A stretch of DNA of 64,000 nt. It comes from an uncultured cyanobacterium. GTDB taxonomy: Bacteria > Cyanobacteriota > Cyanobacteriia > PCC-9006 > JAAUQQ01. The notes beneath the pieces are model-generated. The model was not told the DNA's origin. It was given only the letters and a program-made list of their open reading frames with translations, and ran no database searches. Location of the stretch: NCBI GenBank assembly GCA_963718615.1, contig OY970368.1:1696001-1760000 (forward strand), in the 5' to 3' direction. The position numbers and the translations under genes were made by a program. Below, one piece after another: positions 28,412 to 38,466 of the stretch (the first letter of the stretch is position 1; every line of letters starts with the position of its first letter).

Positions 28412-29893
28412 ATGAAACGTTCAAAACGAATTCAGCGACGCTTATTACCGCTGCTCTTTGGGATTGCCCTGGTCTTAACCACGGGGTTTCCAGGGGGGCT
28501 CTCGGCGGGGATGGCGATGACGTCTGATATGGGCTTTGATCCTGGGGCGATCGCCCAGGCCACATTGCCTGCGGATGTGAATCCCTACGAAATTGCCCCC
28601 CCTCTAGAATCTGAACCGACACCCCCGCCCCCGCCAGCGGTCCAGCCCATGCCTCAACCCGTTAGTCCTGCGGTAGGGCAAGCCGATGAGACGCTGGACC
28701 TGGAACCCTTGGTGATCCCCGATGCCTCTAGTTCCGAGGATGACCGCATCATTCCGGTTAAGCTGCCGCCCGCGTCGGTGAAGCCCACGGACCTGGAGCC
28801 CCCTCGACCGAAGTTTCCGCCCCTGCCCCGCCAGGAAATTCGCGGGGTTTGGATGACAACCAATGATATGGAGGTGTTGCTGGATCGCGATCGCCTCCGG
28901 TCCGCAGTCGATCAACTGGCCCGTCTCAATTTCAATACGATCTACCCCGTTGTCTGGAACTCCGGCTATGCGCTGCACCCTAGCCAAGTTGCCCGCCGAG
29001 TGGGGAGTCCCCAGATTTATCGCGGTCATCAAAATCAGGATCCCCTAGCAGATATTATCGACCAAGGCCATCGCGATGGACTATCGATTTTGCCCTGGTT
29101 CGAGTTTGGCTTCATGGCTCCGCCGACGTCGGAATTGGTCATGGCCCATCCCGATTGGATCACCCAAAAACGCAATGGTGAAACCACATCGGTGAGTGCT
29201 GGGGGCGAAGTGGTTTGGCTCAATCCTTTCCGACCCGAAGTGCAGAAGTTTCTCACGGATCTGGTGATGGAAGTGGTTAATCAATACGATGTCGATGGCA
29301 TTCAGTTTGATGACCATATGAGTTTGCCTCGCGATTTTGGGTATGACAGCTATACGCGATCGCTTTACAAAAAAGAAACTAATAAAGATGTCCCGGCAGA
29401 TTCCGCAGATCCAGCCTGGGTCAAGTGGCGAGCTGATAAGATTACCAACTTTATTGGCGATCTCCACGATGCGGTCAAAACCAAAAAGCCGAAGGCAATT
29501 TTATCTGTCTCCCCCAACTACCAGGATTTTGCCTATCGCTTTCACTTGCAGGATTGGTTAAATTGGGTACGTAAGGATTTTGTCGATGAAATTGTCATGC
29601 AGGTTTACCGGGCGGATTACAACAGCTTTGTGGAGATGCTAGAGCGGGCTGAAATTAAGGAGGTCAAGCAAAAGATTTCCACCGGCATTGGCATTTTGAC
29701 CGGACTACCTCGACGGCCCATTGCGATGGCGCAGATTCAGCAACAAACCCGAGCGGCCCAGCAGCGGGGACTCGGTGTGGCGTTCTTCTTCTACGAAAGT
29801 TTGTGGGAGGATTCTCCTGAATCGGTGGCTGAGCGTCAGGCGGGTTTTCAAGCGCTATTTCCGCGACCGGCTTCTCGGTTAGCGCAGCGGTAA
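28412..29893 (+). CDS. GHL10/DUF187 (YddW-like) glycoside hydrolase with signal peptide and Pro-rich linker
   Basis: EIRGVWMT, FNTIYPVVWNSG, PWFEFG, WLNPFRPEV and DGIQFDDH; likely start MKRSKR at 28412. Confidence 0.88.
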   Translation: MKRSKRIQRRLLPLLFGIALVLTTGFPGGLSAGMAMTSDMGFDPGAIAQATLPADVNPYEIAPPLESEPTPPPPPAVQPMPQPVSPAVGQADETLDLEPLVIPDASSSEDDRIIPVKLPPASVKPTDLEPPRPKFPPLPRQEIRGVWMTTNDMEVLLDRDRLRSAVDQLARLNFNTIYPVVWNSGYALHPSQVARRVGSPQIYRGHQNQDPLADIIDQGHRDGLSILPWFEFGFMAPPTSELVMAHPDWITQKRNGETTSVSAGGEVVWLNPFRPEVQKFLTDLVMEVVNQYDVDGIQFDDHMSLPRDFGYDSYTRSLYKKETNKDVPADSADPAWVKWRADKITNFIGDLHDAVKTKKPKAILSVSPNYQDFAYRFHLQDWLNWVRKDFVDEIVMQVYRADYNSFVEMLERAEIKEVKQKISTGIGILTGLPRRPIAMAQIQQQTRAAQQRGLGVAFFFYESLWEDSPESVAERQAGFQALFPRPASRLAQR

Positions 29894-30161
29894 GCGTTAC
29901 AGTTATGTGAGAATGTGGCAATGCAAGAGTGAATTGCCACGCAGCTTTGGGTTGATGATGACACCTTATACTTCTTTTTGAATGTAGCTAAGAATACAAT
30001 AATCTTCTGGAGAGATGGGATGCTTGATGAGAATCGATATCAGTGCTAAACGCTCTCTGGCAAAGCTACTATGAATATTTTGCTCTAGCGGAGCCAATGT
30101 GATGGCGATCGCGCTAACATACTCATACGTATTATTTTAAGCTTTCTGGTACGGAGGTATT

Positions 30162-30302
30162 ATGGTTGGCGATCGTTTGCTCCATTTACTGCATGAGTTG
30201 CCTATCGACTACGAGCAGCTGGCCAGAAAGGATCAAGCTCAGCAACTGGATCATCAAACACAAAACATTGATTCAAAGACAAATTTAGGAATTTTGGGCT
30301 GA
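30162..30302 (+). CDS. Possible 46-aa small protein
   Basis: GGAGG a few nt upstream of the ATG; MVGDRLLHLLHELPIDYEQLARKDQAQQLDHQTQNIDSKTNLGILG. Confidence 0.35.
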   Translation: MVGDRLLHLLHELPIDYEQLARKDQAQQLDHQTQNIDSKTNLGILG

Positions 30303-30511
30303 AATGGGTCAGATGTACGAGAGAGTATAGGCAATATACTGATTGGCTGACGCTGCAGGATGACGATTGATGAAAATAAGAAAAAAAGTTTTATTGCCAC
30401 CAAAGTTAATAGATTGATTGTGCCAGAAGATATTTAGTCACTATCATTAGTGTTAAGTTATGGAAAAAACAATATAAATAGGGCAAATCTATCTTTGGAA
30501 GTAATTTAACT

Positions 30512-31396
30512 ATGGCAGACTCTATACTACACAAAATTTCTGGCTGTGAGAACAAATCACGCAGTGGCGATGTGGTTTTTGTTCATGGGCTAGGTGGGGA
30601 CGCTATTAAAACTTGGCATCATAATGAGAAAGCAATAGACAAAAAAGAGATACCTTCAGATTTTTGGTTAAGCTGGCTTGGTCGAGAACGCGATGATTTA
30701 GGAATTTGGTCATTGGGGTACGCATTGGCTCCCTTCGCTAGCCAAGGTGAAACAATGCCGCTAATCGACCGTGCCCGCAATGTGCTGAGTCGTTTTGGTA
30801 ATTATAAACTCGGGGAGCGCCCATTAATTTTTGTCGCTCATAGTATGGGTGGCCTACTTGTAAAACAAATGTTGCGCCAAGCAGCCGATCAACAAGAACA
30901 GAGTTGGCAACAGGTTCGCTTGAATACAAGAGGAATTATTTTTATTGCAACTCCTCATTTTGGATCACAATTAGCCAATTCTATCGAGAAGCTAGGGAAA
31001 ATTCTACCCTCTTCAGTTAGCGTAAACGAATTAATGCCCAATAATCCATATCTTCGTGATCTGAATGACTGGTATCGTGACAACTGTGAAAGTATACCAA
31101 TAAAGATTTACTTCGAAAAATACAAAACAACAAACAACAAACTTTCCTGGTTTAAGACTTTAGTGGTTGATGAAACAAGCTCTAATCCTGGAATTACAGG
31201 AGTTCGTCCTATACCTATTGATGCTGATCATTTGTCAATTTGCAGGCCTGAAAATGAAGAACGACAAATTTATATGGAAACAAGAGACTTTTTAGAAAAG
31301 CATCTCTCATCGTGTTCAAGTGTGCCACACTCAGCATCGACAGAGTTAAAGCATAACGGCCAGTTATTGAAATTGTTAACAAAAAACCCTTTCTAG
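30512..31396 (+). CDS. Alpha/beta hydrolase (PGAP1/SERAC1/SesB-like)
   Basis: VVFVHGLGG, nucleophile elbow FVAHSMGGL, IATPHFGS and DADHLSICRP. Confidence 0.88.
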   Translation: MADSILHKISGCENKSRSGDVVFVHGLGGDAIKTWHHNEKAIDKKEIPSDFWLSWLGRERDDLGIWSLGYALAPFASQGETMPLIDRARNVLSRFGNYKLGERPLIFVAHSMGGLLVKQMLRQAADQQEQSWQQVRLNTRGIIFIATPHFGSQLANSIEKLGKILPSSVSVNELMPNNPYLRDLNDWYRDNCESIPIKIYFEKYKTTNNKLSWFKTLVVDETSSNPGITGVRPIPIDADHLSICRPENEERQIYMETRDFLEKHLSSCSSVPHSASTELKHNGQLLKLLTKNPF

Positions 31397-31437
31397 CCCC
31401 CTTAAAAAAGGCTTTTGATGAGTATTTAAGGGGGCTA
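31381..31437 (+). other. Candidate programmed -1 ribosomal frameshift signal
   Basis: In-phase A_AAA_AAC (31381-31387), 6-nt spacer, 13-bp stem 31394-31406/31425-31437; the -1 frame is open from 31357 to 32106. Confidence 0.5.
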
Positions 31438-31554
31438 CTAAAATTTCTTACAAGACCCAAAATAGTTAAATTTATCCTATTTTCCTCTATCTCTTGTGGT
31501 GGAGTATTCTTACTGCCTGACTGTGCTTTTCGTTTCGCTAACCATCTTGAACAG

Positions 31555-32106
31555 ATGGGAGATCAGGCTGTGTTACAAAAGAATTTCCGAAAAGCACAGG
31601 AGCAATACGAGAGGGCTCAAGAAGCTTACAACTTTTCGGCAAATATGGGATTTTTGCCAGCGGCATCTCGGTGGGCATGGATTGAAGCTGAAAAAAAGCA
31701 ACCAAAATCTGCACTTAGTTATATTGAAAATTTTTCGACTAGAATAGGTAAATTAGCTAATACTAATAATTGGAAACAAGATTATTTCGAGATGAAAGTA
31801 TTTTTACTTATTGAAACTGATCAAATAAAAGAGGCAGAAGAAATCTTAGAGTTTAATATTTTAAGGCCACGAAAAAATCAAGCTGAAAAATCGAAAATCT
31901 GGTTTTTATCGGGAAAACAGTCTTATAGTTCAATTCATGCTTGTCTCACTCTGGAAATTAAAGAGAAGCAATCTAGAGAAAAAAGTGAAAATGAGATCAA
32001 TAGTAAATCTTTAAAATCACAAGAACTCAAAGAAAATTGCATGGGTTCTCTGAATAAAAAGCATCCTATGCATAGACATTTTGGGGACAAATATGATGAT
32101 GCTTGA
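31555..32106 (+). CDS. TPR-like helical domain; frame is open upstream to 31357 and includes a hydrophobic segment
   Basis: GDQAVLQKNFRKAQEQYERA TPR-like helix; no Shine-Dalgarno before ATG 31555 and no upstream ATG/GTG/TTG in frame. Confidence 0.6.
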   Translation: MGDQAVLQKNFRKAQEQYERAQEAYNFSANMGFLPAASRWAWIEAEKKQPKSALSYIENFSTRIGKLANTNNWKQDYFEMKVFLLIETDQIKEAEEILEFNILRPRKNQAEKSKIWFLSGKQSYSSIHACLTLEIKEKQSREKSENEINSKSLKSQELKENCMGSLNKKHPMHRHFGDKYDDA

Positions 32107-33310
32107 AACAAGCAAATCCCTTAAAATTAAGACTGCCCTTTTTTTGAGAGTTTTGGCGCTCTTTATTTTCTTTCCCCTTTCTGCAAATTCCTCTGAGAAT
32201 AGCAGTGAGATCGCCCGTGTAAAAATACATCAAGGTTATGTTCTTTACAAAAATACTTCGACTGGATCTGCGCCAGAAACCGTTACTTTAAAGCGTCAAT
32301 GGTATTCTTCTATCTACCTGTGGGATCATACACTAGAAGGTGGAATTATTAAAGATTACTCCGGAAAATTTAGCTTAGAGTGCATTGGTGATGGCAAAAA
32401 GCTTATTGAGCAAGATATTAAACCTGGAACAGCAATAAATAAGTTATGTATGCCAACTCGGAGAGCTGGAACAACCTCTAGTGAGAAAAGCCTATTTGAA
32501 TGTAACCACGTACTTCGAAATTCTATCAATATTGTACAAGTCCCTTATGTTTTTAGTCCTAGGTACACATTCGTTTTTAATCCAAGACCTCAAATTATAT
32601 GGAATCCAGTCGTAGATGCTAATTCATATACTATCAACCTTTATGCGAATCAGCCTCACTCGGCTACCGATACTGCTATTTGGTCAGAGCCTCTAGAACT
32701 TCCCGCAGAAAGCCTAATAGTGCAAGAGTACTTCGGTGCTCGTATGCTATCGGTAGTATATCCACAGTCGGAAAAAGAGTTGTCTTTTGATCAGAACTAT
32801 AGATTTGAAGTGATAGCCAATCTTAAAGACGGTACAGAAGTCTCTTCTCAGCAAGAGCAGCAACTTTGGAATAAATTATTTAGGGAATGCTTCAATTCTT
32901 ACAACGGTTTGTCCGAGCTTCGCGTTAAGAGAAAATTGCTTGATCCTGAGCTGGAAGCAAGAATTACAAATTTGAATTCGTTGGATAAGGCTATCCTTCT
33001 TTCAGAAAAAGGATTTTATTCAGACTCTTTAAAAATATTAATAGAGCAATACAACACTTCTATAGAGTCAGCAATTTATGCTATTCGAGCTCACCAAATT
33101 TTAGGAAGAATGTATCGAAAAACAAACCTTGCGGTACCAGCTTTTACTGTTTACCAAAGACTCTATTGTATGACTGCTAATAAGCCGAATTTTAGACAAG
33201 AGAACCGATTTTCTTTGGGCAAGTTAGAACAAATAAGTCCAGATTTACCAATTGATCAAAGAACTAGTAGTTGTGATTTTTGGCTGCAGGATATGATGAC
33301 TAGTCAATAA
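32081..33310 (+). CDS. Exported DUF928-like / TPR protein
   Basis: Signal peptide; VPYVFSPRYT..PRPQIIWNPV..NSYTINL; KGFYSDSL resembling DUF928 GFWYDA; TPR-like end. Confidence 0.6.
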   Translation: MGTNMMMLETSKSLKIKTALFLRVLALFIFFPLSANSSENSSEIARVKIHQGYVLYKNTSTGSAPETVTLKRQWYSSIYLWDHTLEGGIIKDYSGKFSLECIGDGKKLIEQDIKPGTAINKLCMPTRRAGTTSSEKSLFECNHVLRNSINIVQVPYVFSPRYTFVFNPRPQIIWNPVVDANSYTINLYANQPHSATDTAIWSEPLELPAESLIVQEYFGARMLSVVYPQSEKELSFDQNYRFEVIANLKDGTEVSSQQEQQLWNKLFRECFNSYNGLSELRVKRKLLDPELEARITNLNSLDKAILLSEKGFYSDSLKILIEQYNTSIESAIYAIRAHQILGRMYRKTNLAVPAFTVYQRLYCMTANKPNFRQENRFSLGKLEQISPDLPIDQRTSSCDFWLQDMMTSQ

Positions 33311-33322
33311 TAGTAAATAAAC

Positions 33323-36300
33323 CTACCAAGGGCTACCTACAATCGTTATTAATGCCCATGTAGAAGGGTGGATATTCTTTTGCTCATTCATTATTTTAAT
33401 TTGCGCTTGTTGTAGTGCTCTAGCTTTTATTATGGGCTTGTCTTGTTCTCTAGCCTTTACAAGTTCTTGATAAAAAATAGTGGTCAACTTGGCTGTTTCT
33501 GAGTATGAAACTTCATCAAGGGTCGCTATGACTGACTTTACTTTAGCTTGTACTGCAGCCCCTGCAAGCGATAGTTCTGGCTCTTCTCCTTCTGCTGTTG
33601 AACAAGCACTTAAGACAAGCAACTCTACGGGAGATGGTGGTGGAGAGTCAAGCTCTAAATCTTTGAAATCTTCCATCGTCAATCTTTCTATTCTGCTATC
33701 CTTACCCTTTTTTATATAAAGATAGGAGTTCTTCGGATCTCCTCCAAAAGCTCCATGAGTAACTAGGTGAATAATAGAAGTATCCTTTCGTGACGCAGGC
33801 TTGAGTTCATCTGTCGTAAAATCTTCAGTATTTGGTAGAAATCTGCCTGTCTTCCAAATCTTTTCTAGTGTTTTAATCTCTTTATCTGCGCCTAATGGGG
33901 CAAGAAAATCTTCGTTAAATCTAGAAGCACCCATAGCGAGCATTTTAACACCCGGCTGCGCAAGATTTCGATAAGTTGGATCTATGCAAGAAAAACTTGG
34001 AATAATTCCAACGCTATATTTTTCGACTAAAAATTTCTGTCCATCATAGAGCAAAGCGATAGGTAGAGATCTGAGTCCTTTTCCCATGACAAAAGATAGA
34101 TTCTGGACATCAGCTTTTTTTAAGTCGTTCTCAATAGGTTTAATAAGCCAATTATAGAGAATCTTTGATGGTCCTAAAAGAGCGCTTCTGGACTCTTGAG
34201 CATCTGTTAGACTCAAAGCATCTTTTATTAGAGAAATCTGCCCTAGAGAACCTTTCCAACTACCAGTTATATTAATACGCTGAATCAAGGTGCTGTTTTC
34301 ATAAGAAAAGTTTATCCCAGAAGGAATGCCAGAATCATCAACATCAAGTATCCCGTATTCTGCAATTGATGCCGAATCTAAAAAATTAAGAACCGTAGTT
34401 TCACCATCGAAAGACAAACTAGGTGAAGGTACTCTTTGTTCTTGCTTTAAGATTTCAATTCTATCTAAAATATTCCGATCATATTGGCTTAAACTTTCGG
34501 AGCTAGAACGCACCTTAACCCATTCTGACAAAACATTTTGTCCCTCTCTGTCAAGATGATGAACAACTCTTAGGCCGTTAGCTGTGACAAGAGCAATGAC
34601 TAATTGATCATCATCTGAGAGATTAGCCGCAGTCCGACTTTCTCCAAGTTTATCCCAAACATCTCTGTTATCTTTGTCAATTTTCTCTAGACTTTCGGAT
34701 TGTTTTGAAGGAAAAAAATCTACGTAGATAACAGCATTTCGTGTATTTGTTGTTCTCTCGACCTGACGTAGCTCTTTTTGAATAGTAAATAGATCCTTAG
34801 GGGGTCTGCACTTAACATTCAAGCCTTTTTCAATCTCAATCGTCTGCTTCTTTTCAACTGCCCCTAAAAATAGTTCGGGACCCGTCAAAGATAATGATGA
34901 GATAAATCTAGGATCCTGAGTTGGATCCTCTAGTAGTTTCAGAGGGGTTTGGAGTTGTGGCAGGGGAATTGCCTCTGGTGCAGAGTCTAAATTGATTGTG
35001 GCAACTGCGACTGAAGAGTCCAGAATATTATCAGTGGCAATGTAGCTAAAACTGTCCGTTCCTGTAAATCCTTGCTTGGGAATATAAGTGAATGATCCAT
35101 CCTCATTTAGATTAAAAACTCCATTTTGGGGAGAAGCGATTAACTGTGCTTTTAATGGCAGACCATTGCGAGGAGTATCATTTTTTAGCACCCCATTAGC
35201 TGCTGAGACTAACAAAAAACGGCTGTCGGGAAGTGCGTAGCTATCTGCCGCCGCAAGAGGCTGATCTTGAGTGATTAGCCGAATGTCTCCCAAACTGAAA
35301 GACCCCACAAAAGATCCTGAAGATAATGTATCTATACCTGTTGTAATGCTACCTGAAGTTCCATTGACTGAAGCGTTACCGATTACGAAGGGAATTGTAG
35401 ACTTGCCACCACGATGAGCAATACTAATTGATCTATTCTGAGTTCCGCCTGCGCTACAAATACTTGTTCCATTACAGCTCGAATTTGGATAAATACTGCT
35501 GAGGGTACCAATAGCTTTGAAGAACTCGCCAGAATTTGCTTCAATGTCTCCTCCCACTCCTTGAGGGGCTCCTGTAGAAGCTGCAATTGAGTTTAGTCTT
35601 ATGCCTCTCGCAGAACTTAATACAACATTGCCACCATTTCCTGCTTGAGAAGATGAATTGATTGTGCCAATTGTCGTATCGATTGCTCCTTCTCGGCTAG
35701 TTAGAGTGATATTGCCAGCATTCCCTAGATCTGAGCGAGTAGCAATACTCATATTGCTACTATTGGCTCGATTAATGACAATATCCTCTCCAGCTTCAAT
35801 TACAACATTTCCTGCATTTCCAAGACCACTGCCAACCCCTGACGTAATGAACGGAGTAAATATGCTACTCTTCGCTAAGAGCGTAATATCGCCGCCATTG
35901 CCAGACTTCGAATCTGCTGAATAGGAACCACTGGATAATGAACTATCTGTAATGCTTCCCTGTAAACTTTCAACAAAGATGGAGCCAGCCCTCCCAGCTT
36001 CTGCACTAGAACCGAGGGTTGTTGTAGTAACGTCTCCAAGAGCTTGGATAAAGATATCACCTCCATTCCCGCCGATATCAGTCCCTTCAGCGACCGCTGT
36101 GTTAGGTGCTGTTCGTACCCTTCCTTCTTCACTGACAATACTTACGGAGCCTGCATTCGCTGGAATCCCATTTGGTGGAATAGTAAAGATCTGGGTATTA
36201 ATATTGATTATATCAATATCCCTAATTGCCTCTACAAATACATTGCCGCTATTTCCTAAGGTTTGATTGGTACCAGTTTTGTTGGAAGTTTGAACTAGGC

Positions 36301-38041
36301 TGTTCGTCAGTTGTATATCTCTACCAGCTTTTAGAAAGATATCTCCTCCATTAGTAGAGATACGCATACTGTCCCCAATAATATTATTACCTGCATTAAA
36401 ACGAATATCACCTCCACTAAAGTTTTCAATATCATTGCCTGAATTGATAATAATATTTTCCCCTGCCTCAATAACAAAATCTGTATTTCTATTTTGTAAT
36501 CGAATGCGACTATCAAACGTTATATTTTCTATTGCCTGAAGGGTGATAGTTCCTACGCTACTTTCTATAGCAGTTCTGCTGATCTCAAAATTATCTGACG
36601 GACTATCCTCAAAGAGAACCTGCCCAGAGTTATTTGTCAGAAATGAATCATCTGCTCCCGCTGTCGATACGATAGTAATATTTCTCGGATCAAACAGAAT
36701 CTGTCCGGCTTCCCCTGACACTGCACTCACATCCACATAGCCATCAAACGCAAGCGACTCCCTTCCAGAAATCTCCACAAATCCACCCTTTGGCAGAAAC
36801 GCAGAAGACGCCCCTCCTGCCATCCCTCCACGACCCTGCGCACTGGCCAACCCATAAAACCGCGTCGTGCCATCTGCCCAAACAAAAATATTGCCGCCAT
36901 TGCCCGAACCCAAAGCATCGGCACGAATCACAGAATCCTGATCAACGAAAGTTTGAGTCGCAGCCAGCGTCGGCTCCTGCCCCTGAAAATCGCCTCCAAC
37001 TCTGACCGTACCCCCACCCGCTTCACCAGAAGCATCAATGGTCACGCCCAGGACAGCAACGCGATCGCCCAACACATTAACCTCACCACCAACCGCTCCC
37101 ATCCCAGCATCAGAAACATCAATCCGACCGCTGGCGATCGTTGTTCCTGCCTCATCAGGAACCCTTGGCCCCGTACTCGTAAGTTGCACCGTTCCATCTG
37201 AATACACCCGAATCCCAGTCGCCTGCTCAACCCCTGCGTCTATCAGTAGCTCTGGCAACGTTAGCATTGGTACCATCCCCGGAAGAGGCTCTCCGTTCAA
37301 TGGTTTCACCGCCAAATTCAGCAATGCTCCAGAGCGATCTAGTTGAACTTGGCTATTCCCCGGAACCGAGAGAAGATTGACTTGTCCTCCGGGAGCAGTC
37401 AAGTCACCAGTGTTCAAAACCTGCCCACCGATCAGACTCAAATTTTGTCCTGGTCTGACCGAAAGCTGGCCAGTGTTTGCGATCGCGCTCGGCTGCACCA
37501 TCGTAAAACCGAGAAACTGGGGAGAACCTACAAGATCTGCATATCCATTGCCGCCAAGGGCATCGAACCACTTCTCAGCAAAACCAATCCCACTTGCGGT
37601 CGTTGCAGTGAAATCTGCTGGTAGATTTAAACGTGACTCAGGTCCAAACAAAACTCCTGAGGGATTCAAAAAAAATAGATTTGCATTGCTCCCGGTGAGT
37701 TGTAGCTCACCGTCGATCAAAGATGCCTTTCCCCCAATCACCCGAATGAGCATATTCTGCAAACTGGTCGGTGACTGGAAATTAGCCGTTTGGCCTTGAT
37801 TGAGCCCAAATTCCTCAAAACTGTGGAATAAGTTGGTCTGATCGCGCGAAAGTGATCCACCCTCAATTTCGACAATGTTACCATTAATACGGACTTGTGT
37901 GCCTGTACTCCCAGCCTCAGGAACGACAGATTGCGATCGAGACATAAGAGGAAACAACACCCAGTACCCGAGCAATCCAGAGAGCGCACCGATCAGGACT
38001 TTTGAGGCGTGAGTCATAGTACAAACCATCCCAAGGAGCAT
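33323..38041 (-). CDS. TPS/haemagglutinin domain + beta-helix + Ig/cadherin-like domain + CHAT protease fusion
   Basis: NLFHSFEEF, FLNPSGVLFG; GVLKND...DGSFTYIP..GTDSFSY; IHLVTHG (His), VLSACSTA (Cys) and HPSTWALITIVGSPW. Confidence 0.9.
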   Translation of the reverse strand: MLLGMVCTMTHASKVLIGALSGLLGYWVLFPLMSRSQSVVPEAGSTGTQVRINGNIVEIEGGSLSRDQTNLFHSFEEFGLNQGQTANFQSPTSLQNMLIRVIGGKASLIDGELQLTGSNANLFFLNPSGVLFGPESRLNLPADFTATTASGIGFAEKWFDALGGNGYADLVGSPQFLGFTMVQPSAIANTGQLSVRPGQNLSLIGGQVLNTGDLTAPGGQVNLLSVPGNSQVQLDRSGALLNLAVKPLNGEPLPGMVPMLTLPELLIDAGVEQATGIRVYSDGTVQLTSTGPRVPDEAGTTIASGRIDVSDAGMGAVGGEVNVLGDRVAVLGVTIDASGEAGGGTVRVGGDFQGQEPTLAATQTFVDQDSVIRADALGSGNGGNIFVWADGTTRFYGLASAQGRGGMAGGASSAFLPKGGFVEISGRESLAFDGYVDVSAVSGEAGQILFDPRNITIVSTAGADDSFLTNNSGQVLFEDSPSDNFEISRTAIESSVGTITLQAIENITFDSRIRLQNRNTDFVIEAGENIIINSGNDIENFSGGDIRFNAGNNIIGDSMRISTNGGDIFLKAGRDIQLTNSLVQTSNKTGTNQTLGNSGNVFVEAIRDIDIININTQIFTIPPNGIPANAGSVSIVSEEGRVRTAPNTAVAEGTDIGGNGGDIFIQALGDVTTTTLGSSAEAGRAGSIFVESLQGSITDSSLSSGSYSADSKSGNGGDITLLAKSSIFTPFITSGVGSGLGNAGNVVIEAGEDIVINRANSSNMSIATRSDLGNAGNITLTSREGAIDTTIGTINSSSQAGNGGNVVLSSARGIRLNSIAASTGAPQGVGGDIEANSGEFFKAIGTLSSIYPNSSCNGTSICSAGGTQNRSISIAHRGGKSTIPFVIGNASVNGTSGSITTGIDTLSSGSFVGSFSLGDIRLITQDQPLAAADSYALPDSRFLLVSAANGVLKNDTPRNGLPLKAQLIASPQNGVFNLNEDGSFTYIPKQGFTGTDSFSYIATDNILDSSVAVATINLDSAPEAIPLPQLQTPLKLLEDPTQDPRFISSLSLTGPELFLGAVEKKQTIEIEKGLNVKCRPPKDLFTIQKELRQVERTTNTRNAVIYVDFFPSKQSESLEKIDKDNRDVWDKLGESRTAANLSDDDQLVIALVTANGLRVVHHLDREGQNVLSEWVKVRSSSESLSQYDRNILDRIEILKQEQRVPSPSLSFDGETTVLNFLDSASIAEYGILDVDDSGIPSGINFSYENSTLIQRINITGSWKGSLGQISLIKDALSLTDAQESRSALLGPSKILYNWLIKPIENDLKKADVQNLSFVMGKGLRSLPIALLYDGQKFLVEKYSVGIIPSFSCIDPTYRNLAQPGVKMLAMGASRFNEDFLAPLGADKEIKTLEKIWKTGRFLPNTEDFTTDELKPASRKDTSIIHLVTHGAFGGDPKNSYLYIKKGKDSRIERLTMEDFKDLELDSPPPSPVELLVLSACSTAEGEEPELSLAGAAVQAKVKSVIATLDEVSYSETAKLTTIFYQELVKAREQDKPIIKARALQQAQIKIMNEQKNIHPSTWALITIVGSPW

Positions 38042-38306
38042 CTGTGTCTACTTGAGATAGTGGCAGAATATTCTTTAACAAGAAAGTAGTTTTACGGATA
38101 CTTTAAAGAGTTGAATAATATTAAGCAGATACTGTGTTGTAAAGAAATTCTGGTGTATTCAGGGGATCCGAAATAGATAAAGTGGTGTGTTTATCTGCTG
38201 AAAAACTTGATTTCCAGCCTGTATGATGTGCTCAAAAACAAGAAACAGGGTTACTGTATGTTATAGCACTATGTCTTACTTAGAGGCGATCGCCTAAATT
38301 ATCGAT

Positions 38307-38439
38307 TCCAAATTAGCTAACCGAGGATGCTGCAACTGGTGCTGCGACAGACAAGCTTTGCCCTTGTGGTTAAATCAGTTTTATACAGAAACTCATTACG
38401 GGTGTCAATCGGATAGCTCTTTAGCTTAAACAAACTTCC
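38307..38439 (-). pseudogene. Degenerate duplicate of the mscS 3' end (direct repeat of 39124-39257)
   Basis: TCCAAATTAG...AAATCAGTTTTATACAGAAACTCAT...TCAATCGGATAGCTCTT.AGCTTAAACAA.CTTCC present at both sites, with substitutions and one indel. Confidence 0.9.
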
Positions 38440-38466
38440 TTTAGGAATTTAAACCTGGAGATTTCC

